A stretch of 64,000 nucleotides of DNA from Pyrinomonadaceae bacterium (GCA_036506395.1 DASXRU010000073.1:2960-66959), one strand, 5' to 3'. Shown: positions 52,830 through 62,315, counted from the first letter of the stretch. Notes: a model not told the origin generated them from the letters alone. Translations and numbers: made by a program.

Positions 52830-54077
52830 CTACGGCACAACGAACCCGCCCAGGGGACTGCCGAAGAAGGCATCTGTCTTATACGCATTGCGATCCCACT
52901 GGCCATCCTGATCGCCGACGATCGTTACCGGCACCACGATGCGGCCTGTGCCAAGGTTGTTCTGCTTGCCTATTCCCGTATCAACTAATTGGTAGTTGGT
53001 TCCCATCGTGAACCTGGCAGTGCGCGCGAGCTTGCCGTTCTGCAGGATTTTGATCTCGTACTCGCCGGGGTTCTCGTACATCTTGAAGTCCTGAGGATGA
53101 AACTCTGGTTGCTTATCCCAGACCATCGCGTTGACTACAAATTTCCGGCGACAATACCCGAATTTCGATTCGTGGTAGGCAATATCCGTCAACTCGCAAC
53201 CGGTGTTGCCGTATTTGCCGCCTTCGCCCGAACTATCGGCTACCAGTTTGCCCTGATAGTACAAATAGGCAACGTATTTGCCGTAGTCGAGGGTATTGGG
53301 GTCGCCTCTGAACCAGGTCACGAAACTGAATCGGCCTTCGGTTGGCGATGGAGGATAGCCGGGCCTGGCATCCATTGCGTCGTAGCTATAGAGGTAACCG
53401 ATCGGCAGGTCCCAATCGTAGTTGACGTAATAAGAAAAGTTGTTTTTGAACTTGGGCAGATCCACGACGCCGACATGGAACTTCTCGACTTTGAATTTGC
53501 CGGCAAACAGCGTCGCATTAGTGCCCTCAAGTTCGTTCTTCAGATTGATCTTAAACCCGGCCAGGCCAGTCTCGATCGAAGCGTCCTGATCCCTGACGTC
53601 GTTTGAGTTCATGCCGCACTCGGTCTCCCACCAGGCGCCGGCCGCAGTCTCTTTCGTATTGCAGTCAAGCTTTATCCAGGACTTGCCTGACGGCAGGGTG
53701 AAATCAACCGACAATTGACTGCCCGCGGAAATTGGACCATTCACGCGATAGACCAACCGCGGTGTCCAACTCCAGGTCTCCTGGTCCTCCTGTCCGTTGC
53801 GATAGTACTGGAGGTGCGTGCGCAGCGTGATCTGAATCGAAGGTTTGTTAATTGTGGGCCCGGTCGCCGCAGGTACCGGGGTGTTTCGACCTTCCGGTTG
53901 CGGCTGTGCAGGTTGGCTGTTGTTGGTTGACGTCGGTTGCACACTATCCGGCGTGGGTTGTGTCTTCGGCTGGTTGACCTTCGGCAATTTGATTTTCGGA
54001 AATTGCGCCGAAACTGTTTGAAAACTAAAAATTGCGATAATCAAAACCGCAAAAGTGATGAGCGAAATCTTCTTCAT
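52830..54077 (-). CDS. Secreted hypothetical protein with low-complexity N-terminal linker
   Basis: ATG at 54077 preceded by GGAGAAAAA. Signal peptide MKKISLITFAVLIIAIFSFQTVSA. Pro/Gln-rich segment followed by about 330 aa of beta-rich sequence. Confidence 0.5.
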   Translation of the reverse strand: MKKISLITFAVLIIAIFSFQTVSAQFPKIKLPKVNQPKTQPTPDSVQPTSTNNSQPAQPQPEGRNTPVPAATGPTINKPSIQITLRTHLQYYRNGQEDQETWSWTPRLVYRVNGPISAGSQLSVDFTLPSGKSWIKLDCNTKETAAGAWWETECGMNSNDVRDQDASIETGLAGFKINLKNELEGTNATLFAGKFKVEKFHVGVVDLPKFKNNFSYYVNYDWDLPIGYLYSYDAMDARPGYPPSPTEGRFSFVTWFRGDPNTLDYGKYVAYLYYQGKLVADSSGEGGKYGNTGCELTDIAYHESKFGYCRRKFVVNAMVWDKQPEFHPQDFKMYENPGEYEIKILQNGKLARTARFTMGTNYQLVDTGIGKQNNLGTGRIVVPVTIVGDQDGQWDRNAYKTDAFFGSPLGGFVVP

Positions 54078-54385
54078 GGTTTTTCTCCGGCGCGAAATGA
54101 ACTCGCAGATTGTGATTGATGAAGGAGACAACCTTTTCCTCCTCTGAAGCTGTGTTTCCAGCTACGTACGACGGGAAGAGCCCGCCTTATTACCACAAGT
54201 TCCAGATATTTTTTTAAAGAGATTACACCGCCGGTTGACACTCGGAATCGCATTGCCTTTGGTGTATTTCCGCCATAACATCTCAACCGCCAGTTTTGCC
54301 AGGCGTCATCTTCTATGCCTGAGCGGCCCGCCATCTAAGGCGAGAAATAATTTCCACGGCGACCCATGACTAGTGGAGGAGATCC

Positions 54386-57300
54386 ATGTTCCACGTCTCT
54401 CATGTTCGCTCACTTCTGCTTTTTCTGAGTATGGTTGCGGCCATCGTAGGTCCAGACAAGGGCGCAACTTTGCGTGCGGCCCAGGAGCCTTCGTCTGACG
54501 AAACTCTGTTGCGGGCGGCAGTCAGCCACTATTTCGAGTCTTTTGCGAAGAAAGACCAGGACGATCCGCTGAAATATTGGAGCGCAGGCGCCCCTGAACT
54601 ACAAAGTCGCAGGAACGAATTCCAGCATGATTTTGCCGCAAACGATGGCATCACAGTCAGGAATCTCGCCATTCGCAAACTGAAGATTGAAGGCGATAAA
54701 GCTGCACTGCAAGTGGCTGTCGAGATTACCGCAAGCGATATCAAAACCGGCCGACCGTCCACGGCGTTCGGGAAAATGGTTCGCGCGATGCAGTGGGTGA
54801 AAGAGTCAGGAGTCTGGAAGGTCACGCATGAAGCTTCAGCCGAAGATGAACTGGCCGCTTCGTTGATTGCTGCCAGGACTGACGAAGAGCGAGCTTCAAT
54901 AGTTGGCACGAACGGTGAACTCCTGAACCCGGTGCTGATTAGAGCACTCGTCGCTCAGGGAAATCGCCTGAGGATTCAGGGAAAGTTGTCGGAGTCTTTG
55001 AGAATTTACCAAATCGCTCTGGGGCAGGCAGAGCGAATCGGCGATCGGGCGGGAACGGCCGTCACTTTCAGAGCAGCGGGCACAGCAAAGCGGATGCAGG
55101 GTGACTATGACGCCGCTCTGGATTACTACCGTCAAAGCCTGGCGATGAACGAAGCGAGCGGCGATAAATTGTCAACTGCGACAGCGCTCAACTCTATTGC
55201 CGGCGTTGAGTACATCCGCGGCCAATACACAAAAGCACTCGAGACCTACGCGAGAAGTCTAAAAATAAATGAGGAGCTGAATAATTCCGAGGGAGTCGGC
55301 AGTGTCCTCAATAACATGGGCTTGGTTTTTTTGGATCAGGGAAACTACCTCAAGAGTCTCGACTCCTTTCAAAAGAGCCTGGCCTTTACCGATCCGAGCG
55401 ACGGGTTGGGAATTGCGAGCACATTGTTGAATATCGGATATCTCTATTCGACTCTGGGAAACTATCCGCTGGCCCTCGACTACTTGCAGCAGGCGCTGGC
55501 CCGGGCCGAAGAGCTCGGCGCGAAACCGGTAATCTGGAAAGCCCTGCAAGGCATCGGCACGGTTCAACGCAGTCAGGGAAACTTCGCCCAGTCGCTCGAC
55601 TATTTAGAGAAAGCGCTGTCGATTCTCACATCACTTGGCAGCAAAGATCGAATCACGGAAATACTCACTGAGATCGGCGCCGTGTACTACGAGCAAGGCG
55701 ATTATGCGCGCGCGCTGGAGTTCTTTCAGAAGAGTCTCGACATCGCCCAGACGATCGGCGTTAAAACGGCGGCGACGCTGAATGCTATGGCGCGAACGTA
55801 CAACGCTCAAGGCGATCACGCCAGGGCCCTCGATTTTGCAGAGCGAGCCGCTGACGTCGCGCGCGAAACCGATCAGAATGAAGTGCTTTGGCAGGCACGC
55901 ACAACCTCCGGCGAAGCTTTTCTGGCTTTGCGACAGTCTGAAAAGGCGCGACAGGCATTTACCGAAGCTATTCGAATCATCGATAGCTTGAGGGAGGAAG
56001 TACCCGGCGCGGAAACGCAACGTGAAGAATTTTTTGAAAACAAACTGGCGCCGTATAAGGCAATGATCAAACTGCTGCTTGCCGAGAATAATCCCGCCGC
56101 CGCGCTTGCTAATGCGGAACGGGCGAAAGGCCGCGTTCTGCTGGACGTATTGCGCAGCGGCAGGACGAACATCAACAAAGCGATGTCGTCTTCAGAGCGA
56201 CAGCGCGAGCAGGAATTGACAGGAACGCTTATAGGACTCAACACGCAAATTGCTCGCGAGAAGATGCGCGACAAACCTGATTCAGCGCGAGTTGGGGACC
56301 TCAATACACAAATCGAGAAGGCCAGGCTGAAGCGCGAAGATTTTCAGACGTCTCTCTATGCGGCCCATCCTGAATTGAAGATTCAGCGAGGGGAAACCGA
56401 AGCCTGGCGGCTCGAACAAGCGACCGAGTTATTGCCTGACAACAAGAGCGCATTACTCGAATACGTCGTGGCCGCTGATCGGCTCTATCTCTTCGTCATA
56501 ACCAGAGGCACGCGAAATGACGATGCTGGCTTGCAGACGTACACGATCCCGCTCAAGCGCGATGAGTTGGGTGCGCAAGTCGAGAAATTTTGGCGGCGAT
56601 TGGCTAATCACGATCTGGACTACAGAGATTCTGCGGCTGAACTGTACGACCTGGTGATCAAGGCCGCGCAGGGCCAGTTGCAGGGGAAGAACACGCTCAT
56701 CATTGTGCCTGACGATGTGTTATGGGACTTGCCATTTCAGGCTCTAAAGCCGGCAGGCGGTCATTATCTGGTCGAAGATTACGCCATTTCCTACGCTCCA
56801 TCCCTGACTGTGCTGCGCGCGATGATCGCAAAACGCCGGCAGACGAAGACGGCAATGGCAACCTTACTTGCCGTGGGTAATCCCTCGCTGGCGAAGCTTA
56901 CCGTTGAACGCGCGCGCAACGTGCTAAGCGAAGCGCTCGATTCCCTACCCGAAGCTGAGCGTCAGGTTAAGACACTGGGACAGTTGTATGGACCCGCACA
57001 GAGTCGGATTTATTTTGGATCGGAAGCGCGCGAAGGCCGTGTGAAGGCAGAAGCTGCGAACTATCGAATCCTACAATTGGCAACGCACGGTGTCCTCAAC
57101 AATGCCAATCCGATGTATTCCCATATCGTCCTCTCACAGTCTGCGGACGACCCGAAGGAAGACGGTTTATTGGAAGCCTGGGAAATAATGGATCTCGATC
57201 TCAAAGCTGAACTCGTAGTGTTGTCAGCCTGCGACACCGCTCGCGGTCGCATCGGCGCGGGAGAAGGCGTCATTGGTCTAACGTGGGCATTTTTTGTGGC

Positions 57301-57526
57301 CGGTAGCCCCACGACTGTTGTTAGCCAGTGGAGCGTTGAATCGGCGAGCACCACAGAGTTGATGTTGAATTTTCATCGAAACCTGAAAGCGCCCAGGGGT
57401 GGTTCGCAATATGCGATGACCAAAGCAGAAGCTCTGCGACAGGCACAATTAAAGCTGCTGCGAACGAAGCAGTACCAACATCCGTTTTTCTGGGCCGGAT
57501 TCGTCGTTGTAGGAGATGGGTTTTGA
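54386..57526 (+). CDS. TPR-CHAT domain protein with N-terminal signal-like segment and SnoaL/NTF2-like domain
   Basis: The CHAT caspase-like dyad is LQLATHGV (His codon 57086-57088) and VLSACDTARG (Cys codon 57230-57232). More than 8 TPR units (ALNSIAGVEYIRGQYTKALETYARSLKI and others). N-terminal hydrophobic segment SLLLFLSMVAAIV. Confidence 0.85.
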   Translation: MFHVSHVRSLLLFLSMVAAIVGPDKGATLRAAQEPSSDETLLRAAVSHYFESFAKKDQDDPLKYWSAGAPELQSRRNEFQHDFAANDGITVRNLAIRKLKIEGDKAALQVAVEITASDIKTGRPSTAFGKMVRAMQWVKESGVWKVTHEASAEDELAASLIAARTDEERASIVGTNGELLNPVLIRALVAQGNRLRIQGKLSESLRIYQIALGQAERIGDRAGTAVTFRAAGTAKRMQGDYDAALDYYRQSLAMNEASGDKLSTATALNSIAGVEYIRGQYTKALETYARSLKINEELNNSEGVGSVLNNMGLVFLDQGNYLKSLDSFQKSLAFTDPSDGLGIASTLLNIGYLYSTLGNYPLALDYLQQALARAEELGAKPVIWKALQGIGTVQRSQGNFAQSLDYLEKALSILTSLGSKDRITEILTEIGAVYYEQGDYARALEFFQKSLDIAQTIGVKTAATLNAMARTYNAQGDHARALDFAERAADVARETDQNEVLWQARTTSGEAFLALRQSEKARQAFTEAIRIIDSLREEVPGAETQREEFFENKLAPYKAMIKLLLAENNPAAALANAERAKGRVLLDVLRSGRTNINKAMSSSERQREQELTGTLIGLNTQIAREKMRDKPDSARVGDLNTQIEKARLKREDFQTSLYAAHPELKIQRGETEAWRLEQATELLPDNKSALLEYVVAADRLYLFVITRGTRNDDAGLQTYTIPLKRDELGAQVEKFWRRLANHDLDYRDSAAELYDLVIKAAQGQLQGKNTLIIVPDDVLWDLPFQALKPAGGHYLVEDYAISYAPSLTVLRAMIAKRRQTKTAMATLLAVGNPSLAKLTVERARNVLSEALDSLPEAERQVKTLGQLYGPAQSRIYFGSEAREGRVKAEAANYRILQLATHGVLNNANPMYSHIVLSQSADDPKEDGLLEAWEIMDLDLKAELVVLSACDTARGRIGAGEGVIGLTWAFFVAGSPTTVVSQWSVESASTTELMLNFHRNLKAPRGGSQYAMTKAEALRQAQLKLLRTKQYQHPFFWAGFVVVGDGF

Positions 57527-57541
57527 GTTTATTCCCAGGCG

Positions 57542-57743
57542 CTTTTCCGGAACTCTCATGCACACCGTGGCTTTAGCCCGGTGATATCGCAGCATACCGA
57601 AATCTGCAACCGTTTTAACGGTTTTCTTCTCGCACGCCAATTCTATTGGCCTGCCACAAGAAACCGTTGAAACGGTTTCTAACTTTGAGGCAGCCTTGTC
57701 CATCGGGCTAAAGCCACGGTCTGAATGAGAGTTTCCGGAAAAG
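57542..57743. repeat. ~200-bp imperfect long palindrome (foldback element) between convergent genes
   Basis: The arm 57542-57586 is inverted relative to 57702-57743. Internal hairpins are AACCGTTTTAACGGTT and AACCGTTGAAACGGTT. The central palindrome is GCCAAT-TCT-ATTGGC. Confidence 0.55.
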
Positions 57744-57769
57744 AATTCGGCGACATGCCCACCACAGAA

Positions 57770-59065
57770 TTATCGCCGGAGAGCTTTGACACTGCGCAGG
57801 AGATTTCGCGCGACTGATGATTTAGGGTTGGCGTCAAGCAGTTCCTGCAATTCACGCTCGGATTGATCGAGCAGGCCGGCGTCGGCGTAGACGACAGCCA
57901 ACATCAAATGCGATCTGGCGGGGCTCTTTCTGGCAAGTTGTATTTCCTGGAGTTTGTTTTGTTCGATAACCCTGAACTTCGCGTCCGGAGCCGCCGGCGG
58001 GGGCATCAATATCTCCCGCCCTTCTTTGATGGCCCTCACTTGCCACGAGTAAGTGTGTCCGCGCTCAAGGGGCGTACTGGCTTTCCAAATATTCTTTAAT
58101 ACTGGTCCGCTGGTCAGAACCTTTTTTGAGCCAGCGTCATAGATCGTAACTGTGTAGTTCTCAGCGCCTTCCACAGCGTTCCAAAGAAAGGTGGGAGTGG
58201 CGGACTCGACGGCGGTTGCGACGGGACTGCGCAAACCATAAGCAATGCGATTACTACCCATCAATTGGCCCGACTGTCCCTTGAGATTATTAACAGCCGG
58301 CGGGGCTTTTACGCGCTCGCTTTTCAGCGCTGCCTTCACTTCGTTCTGAATTTGCAGCGGCGCCGATTCCAGTCCCGATAGCTTGTCATTGCCGTCCAGC
58401 GCGACGTGACCATTACCGTCGATCAGGTCAACCACTACCGGAGCATTATTCTGATCTTGCGGCTCAGGTGATGGATTCTTCGTGCCCGGCTCCGGCGACG
58501 GAGTTGCCGGATTGGCAGATTTCTCCGGGTGGCCGGCTTGAAGGCGCGCTTCTTCGGCACGTTTTCGAGAGTACAGCACCGCCGCCCAGGCGATCAGAGC
58601 AACGAGAGCGACAGCCGCCGCTGCTTGCAGAGGAATCCTGACGGACGGTAAGTTCCACAAAGCCGTCACGCGCGCCCAAAGACTTGAAGGCTCGCCTGGG
58701 GAGTACCGCGTGCCTGGCAGTTCGGCAAGCCTGGCCTTCATCGCCAGAAGGTCTTGCACTTCCGCGTTGCAGCCACTGCAAAATTCCAAATGACTATCGA
58801 CGATCTCGCGATCGATCTCGCTCGAATCCCGGTCAACGTAATTGGCCATTTGCTCGTAGGATAGATGGTTGTCGCCAAAGTCAGTTTCTGTTTGCAAAGC
58901 GGTCACTAGCTGCACAGACGCCTCGTCAGGTCGTAGCACATCAGCGAAACTCGCGTGGCACGAGCCACAACTTGCAAGATGATCGTCGAGCGAAAGAGTC
59001 TCAGCGGGCGACAGCTCGCGATTGCGGTAGCGCTCGATTTCTTGTTCAGAAGGATGTTGCGTCAC
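57770..59065 (-). CDS. Anti-sigma factor-like protein (two zf-HC2-like motifs, one TM, large periplasmic domain)
   Basis: HLASCGSCHASF and HLEFCSGCNAEVQDL. TM segment AAAAVALVALIAWAAVLY. The C-terminal part has an Fn3-like segment (PTFLWNAVEGAENYTVTIYD...TYSWQVRA) and a TPR-like end. Confidence 0.65.
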   Translation of the reverse strand: MTQHPSEQEIERYRNRELSPAETLSLDDHLASCGSCHASFADVLRPDEASVQLVTALQTETDFGDNHLSYEQMANYVDRDSSEIDREIVDSHLEFCSGCNAEVQDLLAMKARLAELPGTRYSPGEPSSLWARVTALWNLPSVRIPLQAAAAVALVALIAWAAVLYSRKRAEEARLQAGHPEKSANPATPSPEPGTKNPSPEPQDQNNAPVVVDLIDGNGHVALDGNDKLSGLESAPLQIQNEVKAALKSERVKAPPAVNNLKGQSGQLMGSNRIAYGLRSPVATAVESATPTFLWNAVEGAENYTVTIYDAGSKKVLTSGPVLKNIWKASTPLERGHTYSWQVRAIKEGREILMPPPAAPDAKFRVIEQNKLQEIQLARKSPARSHLMLAVVYADAGLLDQSERELQELLDANPKSSVARNLLRSVKALRR

Positions 59066-59174
59066 GATTCGACTTCTTTCGGCCTGCCGCTATTCGGCAG
59101 ATCACTCCTGTCCTATTCAATTCGATGCAAACTCAACGCCGATCTTACCATTCGGGCGTTCGTCATATTTCCTT

Positions 59175-60221
59175 TCATCTCCCAAAATCTCTGGTTCGCC
59201 GCCGAAGTCTCTCTCGCGCGCACTTGCGCAGGTTGATCACCTGCTGCCGAGTCACGCCGAGTGATTCCGCGATCGCTCTATCTTCAAGCGGGAACTGGTT
59301 CCATAAGGTCGCCAGCTTCTCAGCAGGCATCGAAAGCGTCTCAGCGATCTGGCGGATCGAGGCAATTTGGATCAGCGGCAGCAGGGCCAGCGCACCACGG
59401 CCATTGGAGTCCCGGAGACTCATTAGCAGCACTGTACGCTGGCGCAGTGGTAACTCGCGGATCTCGGCCCACAGCCTTTCGAGGTGGCTGCGTTGGTCCA
59501 TTCTGGCGTCAAGCTGTTCGTCCTGACCTGAATACACATCGACATCGATGGAAGCTGAGGGAGCGTCTTTTATCCGCCACAGATCGGCAATCAAAGAGAC
59601 AAGGTCATCCAACCGCAGGGGTCCAGCAGCGCGATCGAAGATCGCCGCGACCAGATCCGGCGCACTTAAATTCGCATTTGAGTTGACCAACAGTTGCGGT
59701 TCGTTTGACAGTTGTCGCAGCTCCGATCGGCTTACTGCGCGCTTGCTGTCTCTCCAAACAGCAAAGCCGCACAAGAGATCTCCTTCGCTGCCCTGCCACG
59801 CAGCAAAGCCGGCACGATGGGTAAGAATGTAGCGAAGTTGATTCTTGAGGCTGTAGCGGCGCGGGTATTTCTTCCGCAGGTATCCGTCGCAGGCGTGGTA
59901 AGCCGTCACCGCAACATAACCGCGAAAATTCTCTATGGCTTTTTCACTGGCGTTTGCCCGGAGGCCGCGCAGCCGTTGAACCAGCTTCAGCGTGACCTCA
60001 CTGACCACATCGGTGGCTTCGTCCTCGCTGATGTCGCTGGTGGCAGAGCGCCCGACTCGCAGCCTGGCGGCAACGATTTGACGAACGATCGGCTGGGCGC
60101 GCTCGCAGATCAGTTGCTCGAGCGCCGCGGCCGCGTCTGCTTCGCCCCTCGCCTGCAAATAGGGAGACAGCACCGCATCGATCTGTAACGTTGATCCGAT
60201 CTTGTTCATCCCGTTCATCAC
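59175..60221 (-). CDS. Sigma-70 family (ECF-like) factor with a long insertion between regions 2 and 4
   Basis: The region 2-like segment is DVVSEVTLKLVQRLRGL...NFRGYVAVTAYHACDGYLRKKYPRR. The region 4-like segment is LPLRQRTVLLM...EDRAIAESLGVTRQQVINLRKCARERL. The protein is 348 aa, against about 190 aa for a typical ECF sigma. Confidence 0.6.
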   Translation of the reverse strand: MMNGMNKIGSTLQIDAVLSPYLQARGEADAAAALEQLICERAQPIVRQIVAARLRVGRSATSDISEDEATDVVSEVTLKLVQRLRGLRANASEKAIENFRGYVAVTAYHACDGYLRKKYPRRYSLKNQLRYILTHRAGFAAWQGSEGDLLCGFAVWRDSKRAVSRSELRQLSNEPQLLVNSNANLSAPDLVAAIFDRAAGPLRLDDLVSLIADLWRIKDAPSASIDVDVYSGQDEQLDARMDQRSHLERLWAEIRELPLRQRTVLLMSLRDSNGRGALALLPLIQIASIRQIAETLSMPAEKLATLWNQFPLEDRAIAESLGVTRQQVINLRKCARERLRRRTRDFGR

Positions 60222-60376
60222 TCACAATAGCAGTGATGGACAAGAGGTTATAACCGACATTCGCTTCGACGCAATGACAGGCCATGACAAGACCCTGTTC
60301 CGGCTAACATCGATTTCAAAATCGGCTCTTCGAGCTCAGTTCTGGGAACAGCGGGACTTACTGACAGCGTTGATGG

Positions 60377-60738
60377 TCACCAGTGCCAGACTTGCTGGTA
60401 GTTGTCCATCAGATCAGCAACATCGCGGCCCCGAATCATCTTTGCTTCACTAATGCAATTGCCTTCGGAGATTCCGCGCTCTTCGAGATCGTCGGCCAGG
60501 GCGAATACCTTCACGCCCTTTCCGTGTAATCTGCCGATGTCTTCGTTTAGTTGCGCTGGATGATTAACACCAACGGTGCCAATCTTCAGCCCGGGCATTC
60601 CTGTTGCACCAGGTAATTCACGGCGTTGCCACGCAACAGCACATCGACATCAGCGCCGCTGTTCTTCAAGGCGCCAGTCAGCCAAAGGATCGTGTCGTCC
60701 TGCTCTTCCAGGGTGGCACGAACAGCTCCTTCCATCAT
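60377..60738 (-). pseudogene. DsrH/TusB (DsrE-superfamily)-like gene split by a frameshift
   Basis: The 50-codon N-terminal piece (60738 down to 60589) reads [50 protein letters not shown]. The 73-codon C-terminal ORF (60377..60598) reads ...VKVFALADDLEERGI...QQVWHW. The two overlap at the CCCGGG run in different frames. The C-terminus resembles E. coli TusB (IKVYALNEDLIARGL....MAW). Confidence 0.45.
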
Positions 60739-60776
60739 GTGTTAACAACTCGCCGGCGGGCATCGGCTCGTAGACG

Positions 60777-62315
60777 TCAAGGATAATTCCGCGTCACCGT
60801 CGCAGTGTTGCCACTGGCATCGGTGACTGTTAGCGTGATAGTGCCGCGGTCGAATTCCCTGACCGTGAACGAAGTTGTCGGTAACTGTGTCACGCGGTCC
60901 GGGCTCGCCGCAGTCCAGCTCAGATCCCAAGTGTAGGAAACGATGTTTCCAGTCGAGGCGCTCGCGTCAAGATTGATCGAGTAGCAGCAAGCTCTGCTGA
61001 AAACGAAGCTCGCAGTTAGCGGTGTTGGAGTGGGTGTCGGTGTCGGAGTTGGCGTCGGCGTTGGCGTTGGTGTTGGAGGTGGTCCCACGTTGACGGTAAC
61101 CGAACTACGAGCCGTCTCATTATTCGAGTCGGTGACGGTGACCTCATAAAACGTCGTCACCTCAGGTGAAGTGACAGGGTTTCTGACCTGACGATTGCTA
61201 ATCTCACTGTTCGGATTCGAACCCCAAAAGTAACTGTACGGAGGAACCCCGCCGGTTACTACCACATCGAGTTGAGAAATCTCCCCGAAGTTAATAGAAG
61301 ATGGGGTAGCGGTCGCGTTTGCAGTCAGCCGTTCAGGCCCACTCACGACTACAGTGACCGAGCCATTAAGCACTGCGCCTGCCGCATCGTTCACCGTAAC
61401 GTAGTACGTCGTCGTGGTTGTTGGACGGGCGATGGGGTCCTGGCGAAGCGGATCGTCTAGTCCTGTGGTAGGTGTCCAGATAACAGAGTATGGCCGACTT
61501 CCGCCCTCGACGATGGCCAGCAACTGCACCGGGTCGCCGGGGCGAACGACCGGGAAGAACGATTCGGCCGTTACGGTAAGTTGCGGTCTTACATGGACGG
61601 TGACTGAGCCGGTCACATGTTGAGAGCCGGAGTCGGTGATAGTGACCGTGAACGTTTCCGTGCCTGGCGGCGTTGCTATCGGTGCGGCGACCCTGTTGCG
61701 GTCGAGTTGGGTCTCTAGATCCCAGAAGTAGAAGTATGGTGGAATGCCACCTGACGCAATTGCCACGAGTTGAGTGCTTTCGCCGACGGCGATGGTCGAA
61801 GGCGTCGCGGTCACATTCACAGTGAGGGGCAGGGCCACTGTCAGGTTGATACCGCCTGTCCCGTACTCGATGCCGCGGCCATAGCGGTACCCGATCAGAA
61901 AAGGCTCATGGATCGGCGCGGTGGCTCCAATGCAGATTGATCGAGTAGTCTCATCACCGTTGCGTTCCGTGAGTAACGTCACCTGCTCGTTGTTGAACAC
62001 TGCTCTTTGTTCGTCAGTTAGAACGTCTGGATCGAGTCGGAAGCCGTCTGTGTTTGGGGGGCGCGACCATTCATGATCTGCGCAAGGGTTCTCGAACACC
62101 ACACACGTTCCAGGTGCGATTATCATGGAGAATTCCTGGCAGGTTATCGACGGTGCCCTTTGCTCTGGAGGGCAGCGCGAAGTGCCAAGTGCGAAGACCA
62201 TAATTAATCCAAGCAGCCCGAGCCGCGCGATTCTTACACACCAGGCGCGAAACGGATTCGCTAAGGGCTGATTGCCGGCCATGTCGTTGCCATCCGAGTT
62301 GTTATTTTTTGTCAT
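60777..62315 (-). CDS. Secreted/anchored protein with three Ig-like repeats (GGxPPYxYxW motif), a (PT)n linker and a C-terminal PKD-like domain
   Basis: The repeats contain ASGGIPPYFYFW, VEGGSRPYSVIW and VTGGVPPYSYFW. The PTPTPTPTPTPTPTPTPTP linker is encoded at about 61021-61085. PKD-like end YTWDLSW...GTITLTVTDASGNTATVTRNY. The start is either 62315 or 62282. Confidence 0.6.
   Translation of the reverse strand: MTKNNNSDGNDMAGNQPLANPFRAWCVRIARLGLLGLIMVFALGTSRCPPEQRAPSITCQEFSMIIAPGTCVVFENPCADHEWSRPPNTDGFRLDPDVLTDEQRAVFNNEQVTLLTERNGDETTRSICIGATAPIHEPFLIGYRYGRGIEYGTGGINLTVALPLTVNVTATPSTIAVGESTQLVAIASGGIPPYFYFWDLETQLDRNRVAAPIATPPGTETFTVTITDSGSQHVTGSVTVHVRPQLTVTAESFFPVVRPGDPVQLLAIVEGGSRPYSVIWTPTTGLDDPLRQDPIARPTTTTTYYVTVNDAAGAVLNGSVTVVVSGPERLTANATATPSSINFGEISQLDVVVTGGVPPYSYFWGSNPNSEISNRQVRNPVTSPEVTTFYEVTVTDSNNETARSSVTVNVGPPPTPTPTPTPTPTPTPTPTPLTASFVFSRACCYSINLDASASTGNIVSYTWDLSWTAASPDRVTQLPTTSFTVREFDRGTITLTVTDASGNTATVTRNYP

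Noticed and set aside
52989-53606. 205-aa plus-strand ORF. The 218-aa ORF at 63091..63747 is a similar case.
   Set aside because: Both are antisense to longer ORFs that have signal peptides or family similarity. Their composition is typical of shadow ORFs.
58684-59526. 280-aa plus-strand ORF.
   Set aside because: It is antisense to the anti-sigma/sigma operon. It is Arg/Ser-rich and low-complexity, with no recognisable domain.
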